DNA of 64,000 nucleotides from contig CAYPUJ010000002.1 in NCBI GenBank assembly GCA_964413805.1, positions 2,045 to 66,044 of the forward strand. The letters run 5' to 3'. Positions 38,491 through 47,606 of this stretch are shown here, piece after piece. The stretch comes from an uncultured Bacteroides sp. GTDB taxonomy: Bacteria; Bacteroidota; Bacteroidia; Bacteroidales; Bacteroidaceae. The notes beneath the pieces are model-generated. The model was not told the origin of the DNA and ran no database searches. It saw nothing but the letters and a program-made list of their open reading frames with translations. The stretch's first letter is position 1. The number at the start of each line of letters is the position of its first letter. Position numbers and translations under genes: made by a program.

Positions 38491-39531
38491 TTACTCTTTT
38501 TCCTGTTTCAGTTTCTCGGTAATCAGTTGCTCCAGTTCTTCGGCCAGTTCGGGATTGTCCACGATGACTTGTTTGGCGGCATCCCGGCCTTGCGCCAGCT
38601 TTGTGTCGTTGTAGCTGAACCAGGAGCCGCTTTTCTTGATGATGCCCAGTTCTGCACCCAGGTCGATTATTTCTCCGGCACGTGAAATGCCTTCGCCGAA
38701 CATGATGTCAAACTCTGCCCGGCGGAAGGGGGGAGCCACTTTGTTCTTCACCACTTTCACCTTGGTCTGCTTGCCCAGGATTTCGTCTCCGTTCTTGATG
38801 GCTTGCCCCGGACGGATGTCGATGCGCACCGAGGCATAGAACTTCAGGGCATTGCCGCCGGTGGTAGTCTCCGGATTGCCGAACATGACACCGATTTTCT
38901 CGCGCAGCTGGTTGATGAAGATGCAGGTGGTGCGCGTCTTGCTCACGGTGGCCGTCAGCTTGCGCAGGGCTTGCGACATGAGGCGTGCCTGAAGTCCCAC
39001 CTTGTTCTCGCCCATGTCTCCTTCGATTTCGGCTTTCGGGGTCAGTGCGGCCACGGAGTCAACCACGATGATATCGATGGCCGAGGAGCGTATCAGCTGG
39101 TCGGCAATCTCCAGGGCCTGTTCGCCGTTGTCCGGTTGCGAGATGAGCAGGTTGTCGATGTCAACGCCCAGCTTGGCGGCATAGAAACGGTCGAAAGCAT
39201 GTTCCGCGTCGATGAAGGCGGCAATGCCTCCGGCCTTTTGCGCTTCGGCAATGGCATGGATGGCCAGGGTCGTTTTTCCGGAAGACTCCGGCCCGTAGAT
39301 TTCGATGATGCGTCCACGGGGATAGCCTCCCACGCCCAGGGCCACATTCAGACCGATGGAACCGGTTGGAATCACGTCGATGGCTTCGATGTTCTCGCCG
39401 CCCATTTTCATGATGGAACCTTTTCCGAAACTTTTTTCTATCTTGTCCATGGCGGCCTGCAAGGCTTTCAGTTTCTCGCTGGGAGCCGCGTTGTTTTCAT
39501 TCTCAAAGTTGAGTTCGTCTTTCTTTGCCAT
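38491..39531 (-). CDS. recA: Recombinase RecA
   Basis: [26 protein letters not shown]. Confidence 0.98.
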   Translation of the reverse strand: MAKKDELNFENENNAAPSEKLKALQAAMDKIEKSFGKGSIMKMGGENIEAIDVIPTGSIGLNVALGVGGYPRGRIIEIYGPESSGKTTLAIHAIAEAQKAGGIAAFIDAEHAFDRFYAAKLGVDIDNLLISQPDNGEQALEIADQLIRSSAIDIIVVDSVAALTPKAEIEGDMGENKVGLQARLMSQALRKLTATVSKTRTTCIFINQLREKIGVMFGNPETTTGGNALKFYASVRIDIRPGQAIKNGDEILGKQTKVKVVKNKVAPPFRRAEFDIMFGEGISRAGEIIDLGAELGIIKKSGSWFSYNDTKLAQGRDAAKQVIVDNPELAEELEQLITEKLKQEKE

Positions 39532-39546
39532 AAAACTTGCTTCTAT

Positions 39547-39996
39547 TTATTGTAAGATTTGTGCCGCGTGTTCCTTCGTTTTTACCTGTTTGGGCGTGAT
39601 GATGCGTTCCACGACGCCTTCCTCGTTGAGGAGGAAGGTGGTGCGGAAGGTGCCCATGTATTTTCGCCCGCACATGCTCTTTTCGCCCCACACGCCGAAT
39701 TGTTCCACCAGTTTCTTGTCAGTGTCGGCAATGAGGGTGAAAGGAAGGTTGTTCTTTTCGATGAACTTCCGGTGCGACACTTCGTTGTCCACGCTCACAC
39801 CGATGACCTCGTAGCCGGCTTCCCGCAAGGCTGCATAGTTGTCGCGCAGGTTGCAGGCTTGTGCGGTGCAGCCCGATGTCATGTCTTTCGGGTAGAAGTA
39901 CAGCACCACTTTGCGTCCTTTGTAGTCGCTCAGGCGTACTTCTTCTCCTTTCTCGTTCTTGCCCAGTATTTCGGGGGCTTTGTCTCCTATGTTCAT
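39547..39996 (-). CDS. bcp: Thioredoxin-dependent peroxiredoxin Bcp
   Basis: LYFYPKDMTSGCTAQAC. Confidence 0.93.
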   Translation of the reverse strand: MNIGDKAPEILGKNEKGEEVRLSDYKGRKVVLYFYPKDMTSGCTAQACNLRDNYAALREAGYEVIGVSVDNEVSHRKFIEKNNLPFTLIADTDKKLVEQFGVWGEKSMCGRKYMGTFRTTFLLNEEGVVERIITPKQVKTKEHAAQILQ

Positions 39997-40013
39997 GCCG
40001 GTGTACTTCTTGT

Positions 40014-41207
40014 TTACAGTTCCAGGTCTCCGTCCATCACCTCGTGCCAGGGGAGTCCCTGCAGGTTGAGTTGTTCCATGAAAGGATCCGGGTCAAACTC
40101 TTCCACGTTCCACACGCCCGGCTTTTTCCAGATGCCTTTCAGGAACATCATGGCACCTATCATGGCAGGCACGCCCGTGGTATAGCTCACGCCCTGCATA
40201 CCGGTTTCACGGTAAGCGGCCTGGTGACTGCAGTTGTTGTAGACGTAATAGGTACGTTCCTTTCCGTCCTTCAGCCCACGGATGCGGCAGCCGATGGAGG
40301 TTTCTCCGTCGTAGTTTTCGCCCAGGTCTTGCGGATTGGGCAGGACGGCCTTCAGGAATTGCAGCGGGACGATTTTCATGCCGTTGTATTCCACCTCGTC
40401 GATGCGTGCCATGCCGATGTTCTGAATGACCCGCAAGTGGGTGAGGTATTCTTGTCCGAATGTCATCCAGAACCTTGCCCGTTTGATGGTGGGGAAGTTT
40501 TTCACCAGCGACTCCAGTTCTTCGTGGTACAGCAGGTACGATTCGCGCGGCCCGATGTTGGGGTAGGTCAGGGGCTTGTGGATTTCCAGCGGTCCGGTGG
40601 TGACCCATTGTCCGTTTTCGTAGTATCGTCCGTTTTGGGTGATTTCGCGGATGTTGATTTCCGGGTTGAAGTTGGTGGCAAATGCCTTGTGGTGGTTGCC
40701 GGCGTTGCAGTCCACGATGTCCAGGTATTGGATTTCGTCGAAGTGGTGTTTTGCAGCGTATGCCGTGTAGATGCCGCTCACGCCCGGGTCGAATCCGCAA
40801 CCCAGGATGGCAGTCAGGCCGGCATCTTCGAAGCGTTGCTTGTAGGCCCATTGCCAGCTGTATTCAAAGTGAGCCACATCCTTCGGTTCGTAGTTGGCCG
40901 TGTCCAGGTAGTTCACGCCGGTTTTGAGGCAGGCCTCCATGATGGTGAGGTCCTGATAGGGCAAGGCTACGTTGATGACGATGTCCGGTTGGAACGATTC
41001 GAAGAGTTTCACCAGTTCGTCCACGTTGTCTGCGTCCACCTGTGCGGTTTGTATGGCGGGATTGCCAATGGCTTTCACGATGGCATCACACTTGGAACGA
41101 GTGCGGCTGGCTATCAGGATGTCGGTAAACACATCCGGATTCTGAGCCACTTTGTGCGCAACAACGGTACCTACACCGCCTGCACCGATAATAAGAACTT
41201 TACCCAT
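40014..41207 (-). CDS. Saccharopine dehydrogenase family (carboxynorspermidine synthase-like)
   Basis: IIGAGGVG, YLDTANYEP, GFDPG, FATNFNPEINIRE. Confidence 0.88.
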   Translation of the reverse strand: MGKVLIIGAGGVGTVVAHKVAQNPDVFTDILIASRTRSKCDAIVKAIGNPAIQTAQVDADNVDELVKLFESFQPDIVINVALPYQDLTIMEACLKTGVNYLDTANYEPKDVAHFEYSWQWAYKQRFEDAGLTAILGCGFDPGVSGIYTAYAAKHHFDEIQYLDIVDCNAGNHHKAFATNFNPEINIREITQNGRYYENGQWVTTGPLEIHKPLTYPNIGPRESYLLYHEELESLVKNFPTIKRARFWMTFGQEYLTHLRVIQNIGMARIDEVEYNGMKIVPLQFLKAVLPNPQDLGENYDGETSIGCRIRGLKDGKERTYYVYNNCSHQAAYRETGMQGVSYTTGVPAMIGAMMFLKGIWKKPGVWNVEEFDPDPFMEQLNLQGLPWHEVMDGDLEL

Positions 41208-41506
41208 TTGTTTTTACTTCTTCTGTTTACTGAATAGACTTTGTTTCCCGTGCCGACAGTTTGTCGGTTGCCGGCTTGTGGTGAGCAAATATAAGGGTTA
41301 ATTTTCAGATATGCGTTAAAATCTTGCCAAATACTACAGAGAAAGGTGCTTATTCTTTGGGGGCAATTCTTGGGAAGCACCGTTTCTGTACACAGTGACC
41401 CTCCGGATACGACCACCGTTTCCACGGTACAGGTAAATTTGTATCAGAACCCCTTTTACACTATATTTGTGCCGCATATATTGAACTTAAAACTACAAAG
41501 ACCGTA

Positions 41507-42295
41507 ATGAACAGAGCTTTTGTTTCTTTTTGTGTGGCAGGCTTTCTGGCTGGCCTGTCGTCGTGTGCGTCCACCAAAGATGTGGTCGCGGTAGATTCGC
41601 TGGACGGCGAATGGAACATCATTGAGATAGACGGCACAGCCGTGGTTCCGGCTCCGGACCAGCCTTTCCCCTTTATCGCTTTCGATGTCCGCAATGGCAA
41701 GGTATCCGGCAACGCCGGATGCAACCGGATAACGGGCAGCTTTGACACCGGTGCCAAGCCGGGCATCATCGACCTCGGGACATTGGGCACCACCCGCATG
41801 ATGTGTCCCGACATGGTGGTGGAACGGAACGTGCTGGCAGCTTTGTCCAAGGTGAAAAAATACAGGAAGCTGGGCGAAGAAAACCTGGCCCTGTGTACCT
41901 CCTCCCGGCGGCCTGTGGTGGTGTTGCAACGAAAGAAGCCGCTGGCATTGGCCGACCTGGCAGGACGCTGGGTCATTCGCGAGGTCAACGGAGAAGCCTT
42001 GCCGGACAGCATGGAGAACCGCCCGTTCCTTGAGTTTGACACGGTGGAGAAGCGGGTGCACGGCAACGCCGGTTGCAACGTGGTGAACGGGGGCTTCCGG
42101 ACGGACGATACCCAGCCGACCGCCGTCGCTTTTCCGCAATTCATCACGACCATGATGGCCTGTCCCGACATGGAGATTGAAAGGCAGATACTGGATGCCC
42201 TGAACGGGGTGCGGTTCTTCGACAAGGCGGGCGACACCACCCTGAGCCTGTGCGATGCAGACAGGAAGACACTGGTGGTGCTGGTGAAAGAATGA
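41507..42295 (+). CDS. Lipoprotein with two META (HslJ) domains
   Basis: LSSC lipobox; two GNAGCN...T.M.CPDM..E repeats. Confidence 0.88.
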   Translation: MNRAFVSFCVAGFLAGLSSCASTKDVVAVDSLDGEWNIIEIDGTAVVPAPDQPFPFIAFDVRNGKVSGNAGCNRITGSFDTGAKPGIIDLGTLGTTRMMCPDMVVERNVLAALSKVKKYRKLGEENLALCTSSRRPVVVLQRKKPLALADLAGRWVIREVNGEALPDSMENRPFLEFDTVEKRVHGNAGCNVVNGGFRTDDTQPTAVAFPQFITTMMACPDMEIERQILDALNGVRFFDKAGDTTLSLCDADRKTLVVLVKE

Positions 42296-42316
42296 CGCAG
42301 CGGGAAGCACCTGCCG

Positions 42317-43294
42317 CTACTCGAAGCAGACGTAGTGGCTGATGCGTTCTAGGTCTTCCTCGGAAAACTCTTCCAGCAGGGTGAAAGGCTTCAGGCTGCT
42401 CAGCCTGCCTTCGCGCCTGCGGTATTCCACGATGGCCTTTGCCTGGTAGAAATTGAAGTACGGGTGGTTACGCAGTTGGGCAATGCCGGCACGGTTCAGG
42501 TTGATGCGGCGCACGGCTTGCGGGTCGATGTGCAACCAGCTCTCCAGCCGGTGGTGGTCGATGCGGATTTCGCGCAGCTGCTCCAGGGCATAGAAGCCGC
42601 CCAAACGTTGACGGTAGTCCACAATCATGCGGGCAATGACGCTGCCGATGCCGGGGATGCGCTTCAGTTCGGCGGTGTCGGCACGGTTCAGGTCTACTAC
42701 GGTGCCTTCGGCATACTTGGGCAGGGCGGGAGCGGGCAGGCTGTCCGTGGCAGGCAACGGCACAAGCAGGGAGGGCGGGGTGTGTTCCCCGTCCTCCCTG
42801 CTGTCTTCGTCGGCCAGCACGATGTAGGGAGCCAGTGTGGCATATTGCGCTTCGGTCAGTCCGTATATTTTCCGGAAATCCTCCACCTGTCGGAAGCGTC
42901 CTCCCTTTTCACGGTAGCGCACAATGTTGCGTGCCATCCAGCCGGGCAGTCCCAGTCGGCAGAGCGTGAGCGAGTCGGCCGTGTTGGGGTTGAAGGGTGC
43001 GGGGTTCAGCCGGGGTGCCGCTTCCGCGCGGGCACCGGCGTTGCGCGAAGGGTAGGGACGGTTGCCCCGTGCCGCTTCCGCGTCCCTGACGGATGCCCGG
43101 AAATTCCGGAAGGCCGTTCCATCGTCTGTTGCCGGGTCTGTAGCCGTCAGCTTGTCGCTGGCTTGCCGCTCGTCCAGATAGTGGCGGTGGACGTACCTCA
43201 TTCCTCCCGTCGCGGCAATGAATCCCGTCAGCAGGATAATCCCGATCCGTGCCGGACGGAGGAAGTGGAAAATGGTTTGCAGCCGGCGTCGCAT
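42317..43294 (-). CDS. ComEA-like helix-hairpin-helix protein
   Basis: FNPNTAD, DLNRADTAELKRIPGIG, INLNRA. Confidence 0.85.
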   Translation of the reverse strand: MRRRLQTIFHFLRPARIGIILLTGFIAATGGMRYVHRHYLDERQASDKLTATDPATDDGTAFRNFRASVRDAEAARGNRPYPSRNAGARAEAAPRLNPAPFNPNTADSLTLCRLGLPGWMARNIVRYREKGGRFRQVEDFRKIYGLTEAQYATLAPYIVLADEDSREDGEHTPPSLLVPLPATDSLPAPALPKYAEGTVVDLNRADTAELKRIPGIGSVIARMIVDYRQRLGGFYALEQLREIRIDHHRLESWLHIDPQAVRRINLNRAGIAQLRNHPYFNFYQAKAIVEYRRREGRLSSLKPFTLLEEFSEEDLERISHYVCFE

Positions 43295-43313
43295 CGCTTC
43301 TTTCCGCGTAGCC

Positions 43314-44681
43314 TTAGCCCAACAGACCCAGTTCGTTGATGAAGATGCACGCTATGGCGATGGGCGAAAAATATTTCAGGAAGAAAACAATCAGCCTGTA
43401 GGTGTGTACCTTCAGCGTGCCACGGTTGCTGATTTCCTCCCACACCAGCTTCTTGTCCAGGTACCATCCGGTGAAGACGGCGATGAGCATTCCGCCTGCG
43501 GGCAGCATGATTTTGGCCGTCACGAAGTCGAACAGGTCGAACAGCGTCATGCCGAACAGGGTGTAGTCCTTGCCCACACCCAGTGAGAGCGAGCAGAACA
43601 TTCCCATGAAGGCACATCCGCCCGTCACCAGCCATGCCGCCTTGTTGCGCGTCATGCTGAACTCCTCGTGCAGGTAGGCGGTGACCACTTCGTGCAGCGA
43701 GATGGTGGACGTGAGCGCGGCCAATGCCAGCAGCACATAGAACATGACCGACAACAGCATCGCCAGTCCCGGCAGTCCGCCGAAAGCCTGCTGGAAAACG
43801 TTGGGCAGGGTGATGAACAGCAGGCTGGGACCCGCATCGGGCTGTATGCCCACCGAGAAGGCAGCCGGAAAAATGATGAAACCGGCCAGCACGGCCACCA
43901 GGGTGTCGATGCAGCCCACGCTCAGTGCCGTCCTGGGCAGGTTGACATTGTTGCGGAAGTAGGAGGCATACGTGCAAAGACAGCCCATGCCCAGCGAGAG
44001 GGAGTAGAACGCCTGCCCCATTGCGCCCAGCAGTACGCTGCCGTCCACCTTGCTGAAGTCGGGCCGAAGCAGGAACTCAATCCCCTTGCCCGCACCGGGC
44101 AGTGAAACCGAACAGACGGCCAGGACGATGAGCAGAATGAAAAGGAGGGGCATCAATATCTTCGATGCCCGCTCGATGCCTTTGTCCACGCCTTTTACCA
44201 CGATGAAGTGGGTGGCAAGCAGAAACACCACCAGCCACAGAACGGGAAGCCACGGGTTGCCCGCGAAGCTGTTGAAGCCCTCGATGAAGGCTTCAGCCGA
44301 TTTGCCGGCAAAGCTGTTGGTGGCGGCCTCCACGGTGAACTCCAGCGTCCATCCCGCCACCACGGCATAATAGCTCAGGATGAGGAAGCCTGCCAGCACT
44401 CCCATGCGGCCTACCCACCGCCACTGCGTGCCGGGAGCCAGCGTCTGGTAGGCGCGTGCCGTGTTGGCGTGCGAACGCCTGCCAATCACAAACTCGGCAA
44501 TCATGATGGGGATGCCCATCAGCAGTACGCATCCGATGTACACTAAGATGAAAGCGGCGCCTCCGTGGTTGCCCGTCTCGTAGGGGAAACGCCAGATGTT
44601 TCCCAGTCCCACGGCCGAACCTGCCGAAGCAAGTATCACACCCAGTTTGCTGCCGAAGTTGGCCCTGTTGTTGCTTGTCAT
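43314..44681 (-). CDS. Sodium-dependent transporter (NSS/SNF family)
   Basis: GSAVGLGNIWRFPY, GQAFYSLSLG. Confidence 0.93.
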   Translation of the reverse strand: MTSNNRANFGSKLGVILASAGSAVGLGNIWRFPYETGNHGGAAFILVYIGCVLLMGIPIMIAEFVIGRRSHANTARAYQTLAPGTQWRWVGRMGVLAGFLILSYYAVVAGWTLEFTVEAATNSFAGKSAEAFIEGFNSFAGNPWLPVLWLVVFLLATHFIVVKGVDKGIERASKILMPLLFILLIVLAVCSVSLPGAGKGIEFLLRPDFSKVDGSVLLGAMGQAFYSLSLGMGCLCTYASYFRNNVNLPRTALSVGCIDTLVAVLAGFIIFPAAFSVGIQPDAGPSLLFITLPNVFQQAFGGLPGLAMLLSVMFYVLLALAALTSTISLHEVVTAYLHEEFSMTRNKAAWLVTGGCAFMGMFCSLSLGVGKDYTLFGMTLFDLFDFVTAKIMLPAGGMLIAVFTGWYLDKKLVWEEISNRGTLKVHTYRLIVFFLKYFSPIAIACIFINELGLLG

Positions 44682-44784
44682 AAAACGTGGTTTTTCTCTT
44701 TCAATTCGTTATTAATACTTCTTACTTCGCGCAAATATAGAAAATGTTCCGTACATTTGCGCGTCAAAAATAAATTATTTGTTT

Positions 44785-45168
44785 ATGCTGCATTATATCA
44801 GGAAATATCCCGTGTCGCTGCTCATCATTGTGGCAGTGATTTATCTGTCTTTTTTCAAGCCGCCTTCGACCGACCTGGACAACATTACCGACTTCGACAA
44901 GCTGGTGCATTTCTGCATGTACGGGGGAATGTCGGGCGTGTTGTGGCTGGAGTTCATACGGGCACACCGGCGCGACGACACGCCCGTGTGGCACGCCTGG
45001 GTGGGTGCTTTCGTTTTTCCCATCCTTTTCAGCGGAATCGTGGAATTGCTGCAATCCTGCACCGACTACCGCAGTGGCGACTGGCTGGACTTTGCCGCCA
45101 ACTGTAGGGGTGTCGTGGTTGGAACAGCCGTGGGACGCTGGCTGCTCGCACGGGCAAGGCGTGGCTGA
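44785..45168 (+). CDS. VanZ-family membrane protein
   Basis: DKLVHF, ELLQ...RSGDWLDFAAN. Confidence 0.85.
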   Translation: MLHYIRKYPVSLLIIVAVIYLSFFKPPSTDLDNITDFDKLVHFCMYGGMSGVLWLEFIRAHRRDDTPVWHAWVGAFVFPILFSGIVELLQSCTDYRSGDWLDFAANCRGVVVGTAVGRWLLARARRG

Positions 45169-45170
45169 TT

Positions 45171-45283
45171 TCCGGTACGTGTGTGGGGGTTGTTCCGCAC
45201 CTGTACCGGACAAATGGAATGCCTGTACGGAACACGTTCCGTACAGGTGTGGAGCGCGTTCCGTACAGGCACGGGATAAACGC
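45171..45283. repeat. 22-bp-period palindromic repeat array between convergent genes
   Basis: CCTGTAC at 45200 and 45222, GTACAGG at 45241 and 45263; hairpin CCTGTACGGAAC-AC-GTTCCGTACAGG. Confidence 0.75.
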
Positions 45284-45289
45284 TGATTT

Positions 45290-46588
45290 TCAGAGATATT
45301 CTGCGATGCCTGCCAGCTTCATTCCGTTGGAGCCTTTGATGAGGATGGTCTTTCCCGCAGGCTTCTGCCGGCGCAGGGCTTCGGCCAGTCCGGCGGCATC
45401 GGCATAGGCGGGGCAGGTGTGTCGGGTGGCCGAGAACTGTTCGCCCACGAGCACCACGTCGTCCAGTCCCAGTGCTTCCAGGCGGTTCACTACCTCCTGG
45501 TGTTCGGCGGGACTGTCTTTCCCCAGTTCGAGCATATCGCCCAGAATCAGCATCTTGTTTTTGGCCTGCATCTGTGCGAAGTTGTCGATGGCGGCACGCA
45601 TACTGGTCGGGTTGGCGTTGTAGGCATCGACAATCAGCGTGTTGTCCGCCGTGCGTTTCAGTTGCGAGCGGTTGTTGCAGGGAGTGTACTCGCTGAGGGC
45701 GTGGTCCACCTTTTCGGCTTCCACGCCGAAGAAGCGTCCCACGGCGATGGCCGCCAATGCGTTGGGCAGGTTGTAGGCACCGATGAGGCGGGTGCGTACC
45801 CGGTGCGGCCTGCCTTCTCTCCCTGCCTTCCAGGTGAAGTCGAGGAAAGGCGAGCAGGCGGTGATGTGCCCGTTGACGTAAAGTCCTTCGTCGCTGCCGT
45901 AGTCGATGCGGTTCAGTCCGGAAGCCAGGTCGGACAGCAACGGACTGTCGTGATGCACGAACACCGTGGCATCGCCCTTGCGGCGCAGGAAGTCGAACAG
46001 TTCCCCCTTGGTGCGTGCCACCCCTTCGGGCGAACCGAATCCTTCCAGGTGCGCCTTTCCGATGTTGGTGATGAGGCCGTAGTCCGGTTCGGCTATCTCC
46101 GCCAGTTCGCGGATGTCTCCCGGGTGGCTGGCACCCATCTCCACCACGGCCATTTCGTGTCCGGCACGCAACCGCAGCAGGGTGAGCGGCACGCCGATGT
46201 GGTTGTTCAGGTTTCCTTCGGTGTAGAGTATGCGGTGGCTTTGTTGCAGCACGGCGGCAATGAGTTCCTTGGTTGTGGTCTTTCCGTTGGTGCCGGTGAT
46301 GCCCAGGATGGGGATGCCCAGCTGGCGGCGGTGGTGGCGTGCCAGTTGCTGGAGGGTATGCAGGCTGTCGTCCACGGGCAGGTAGCGCGGGTCGTTGGCG
46401 GGGATGCAGGCAGCATTGTCCACCACGGCATAGGCGCATCCCTTGTCCAAAGCCTGCGCGGCATAGGCGTTGCCGTCGAACCTTTCGCCCCGCAGGGCGA
46501 TGAAGAGGGAGCCTTCGGGGCAATGGCGGCTGTCGGTCGTCACGCCCGTGCTTCCCAGGAAGAGTTGATAAAGCGTGTGGATGTCCAT
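45290..46588 (-). CDS. murF: UDP-MurNAc-tripeptide--D-Ala-D-Ala ligase
   Basis: ITGTNGKTTTKE, NNHIGVPLT, DAYNANPTSM, LGDMLELG, KGS. Confidence 0.96.
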   Translation of the reverse strand: MDIHTLYQLFLGSTGVTTDSRHCPEGSLFIALRGERFDGNAYAAQALDKGCAYAVVDNAACIPANDPRYLPVDDSLHTLQQLARHHRRQLGIPILGITGTNGKTTTKELIAAVLQQSHRILYTEGNLNNHIGVPLTLLRLRAGHEMAVVEMGASHPGDIRELAEIAEPDYGLITNIGKAHLEGFGSPEGVARTKGELFDFLRRKGDATVFVHHDSPLLSDLASGLNRIDYGSDEGLYVNGHITACSPFLDFTWKAGREGRPHRVRTRLIGAYNLPNALAAIAVGRFFGVEAEKVDHALSEYTPCNNRSQLKRTADNTLIVDAYNANPTSMRAAIDNFAQMQAKNKMLILGDMLELGKDSPAEHQEVVNRLEALGLDDVVLVGEQFSATRHTCPAYADAAGLAEALRRQKPAGKTILIKGSNGMKLAGIAEYL

Positions 46589-46656
46589 CTTTGTTTCTGT
46601 TTTTCCGGGGCAAAGATAGCGATTATACTGTGCGCGGAATGTATATGTGCATTTTA

Positions 46657-46782
46657 TTTATGGCACACAGATGACGCAGACGGACACAGAGGAACACAGT
46701 TCACATTTTTCCATGCAGACACAGCGCAGTCTTCATTTAATCTGTGTAAATCCTTTAGTCTGCGTCATCTGTGTGCCATAAA
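46657..46782. repeat. 126-bp element with perfect 25-bp terminal inverted repeats (MITE-like, empty)
   Basis: TTTATGGCACACAGATGACGCAGAC (46657-46681) / GTCTGCGTCATCTGTGTGCCATAAA (46758-46782). Confidence 0.85.
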
Positions 46783-46836
46783 ATACACAAACTTATAGTG
46801 TGAGATGGGGTGGGGGAGTGGTTGCCCCGGAAACAG

Positions 46837-46890
46837 GAACGGCGCAAGCCTTCTTCCGGTGCGTACCGGGTGGAAGGTCTTGCGCCATTC
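46837..46890 (-). terminator. Long hairpin downstream of the DUF3836-like gene
   Basis: GAACGGCGCAAG CCTTC...GAAGG T CTTGCGCCATTC. Confidence 0.55.
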
Positions 46891-46944
46891 GTGCAGTTCT
46901 CGTGTCTGCCTGCCGTGTTTGCAGGCCGGTGTCTTTTTTTCTTC

Positions 46945-47328
46945 TTACAGGTTGGGGTCGTCCATGGTGACGGTCATTTCGGGAGCCAGGACGTATGCCT
47001 GCGTCTTCTTGTCCCACTTGTAGTATTCGGTGGTCACGGTTTTTCCTTTGTAGGTGTAGTGGATGCAGATGTCATTCTCCCACACGTTCTTCCGGCTGTT
47101 CCACTTCTGGGTTTCGTTTTGCGTCATGCGTTGCTGGTCGTCGTAGGTGTAGCGATAGCGCATGTAGTTGGCCAACGTGGTGCCGTCCGATTTGTAGACT
47201 GTCTGTCCCACCATAACACCGTTCACTTCTTCCGAGTTGTAAATCAGGTCGTGGCTGTTGTCGGCCATTGCGTTCATTCCGCCTGCCATGAAAAGTGCTG
47301 CTGCGAGTAAAGTTTTTAATGTTTTCAT
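46945..47328 (-). CDS. Secreted DUF3836-like protein
   Basis: Signal peptide; Y.Y.YD...R...KWN...W and YYKWDKK motifs. Confidence 0.7.
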   Translation of the reverse strand: MKTLKTLLAAALFMAGGMNAMADNSHDLIYNSEEVNGVMVGQTVYKSDGTTLANYMRYRYTYDDQQRMTQNETQKWNSRKNVWENDICIHYTYKGKTVTTEYYKWDKKTQAYVLAPEMTVTMDDPNL

Positions 47329-47494
47329 AATGCTTACGTTTTAGGGTTATACTTTCATATTTTCGTTCTTTGTTCTTATTTGTGCTGCAAATGTAAGTAT
47401 ATTAATCCGATTGCCGCAGTATGATTGTTAAATAATTGTCAATTTGTCAATATGGCTCGTCCCTTTTCCACCTTCCCATTTGCCACGGCTTTCG

Positions 47495-47531
47495 TGAAAA
47501 AAATATCCGGCAAACAGGCTTGCCGGATATT
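47495..47531 (-). terminator. Rho-independent terminator after polA
   Basis: AATATCCGGCAA-ACAGGC-TTGCCGGATATT stem followed by a U tract on the minus strand. Confidence 0.75.
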
Positions 47532-47606
47532 CTCTTTGCAGCTTGTCTCGCGGTGCTTTCCCGCGATTGCTTTCTGATTGTAAGTTAAATAACGTTATCC
47601 CTCGGT

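Noticed and set aside
41381-41450. Possible further copy of the 22-bp CCTGTAC family
   Set aside because: Only an isolated GTACAGG; periodicity is not convincing.
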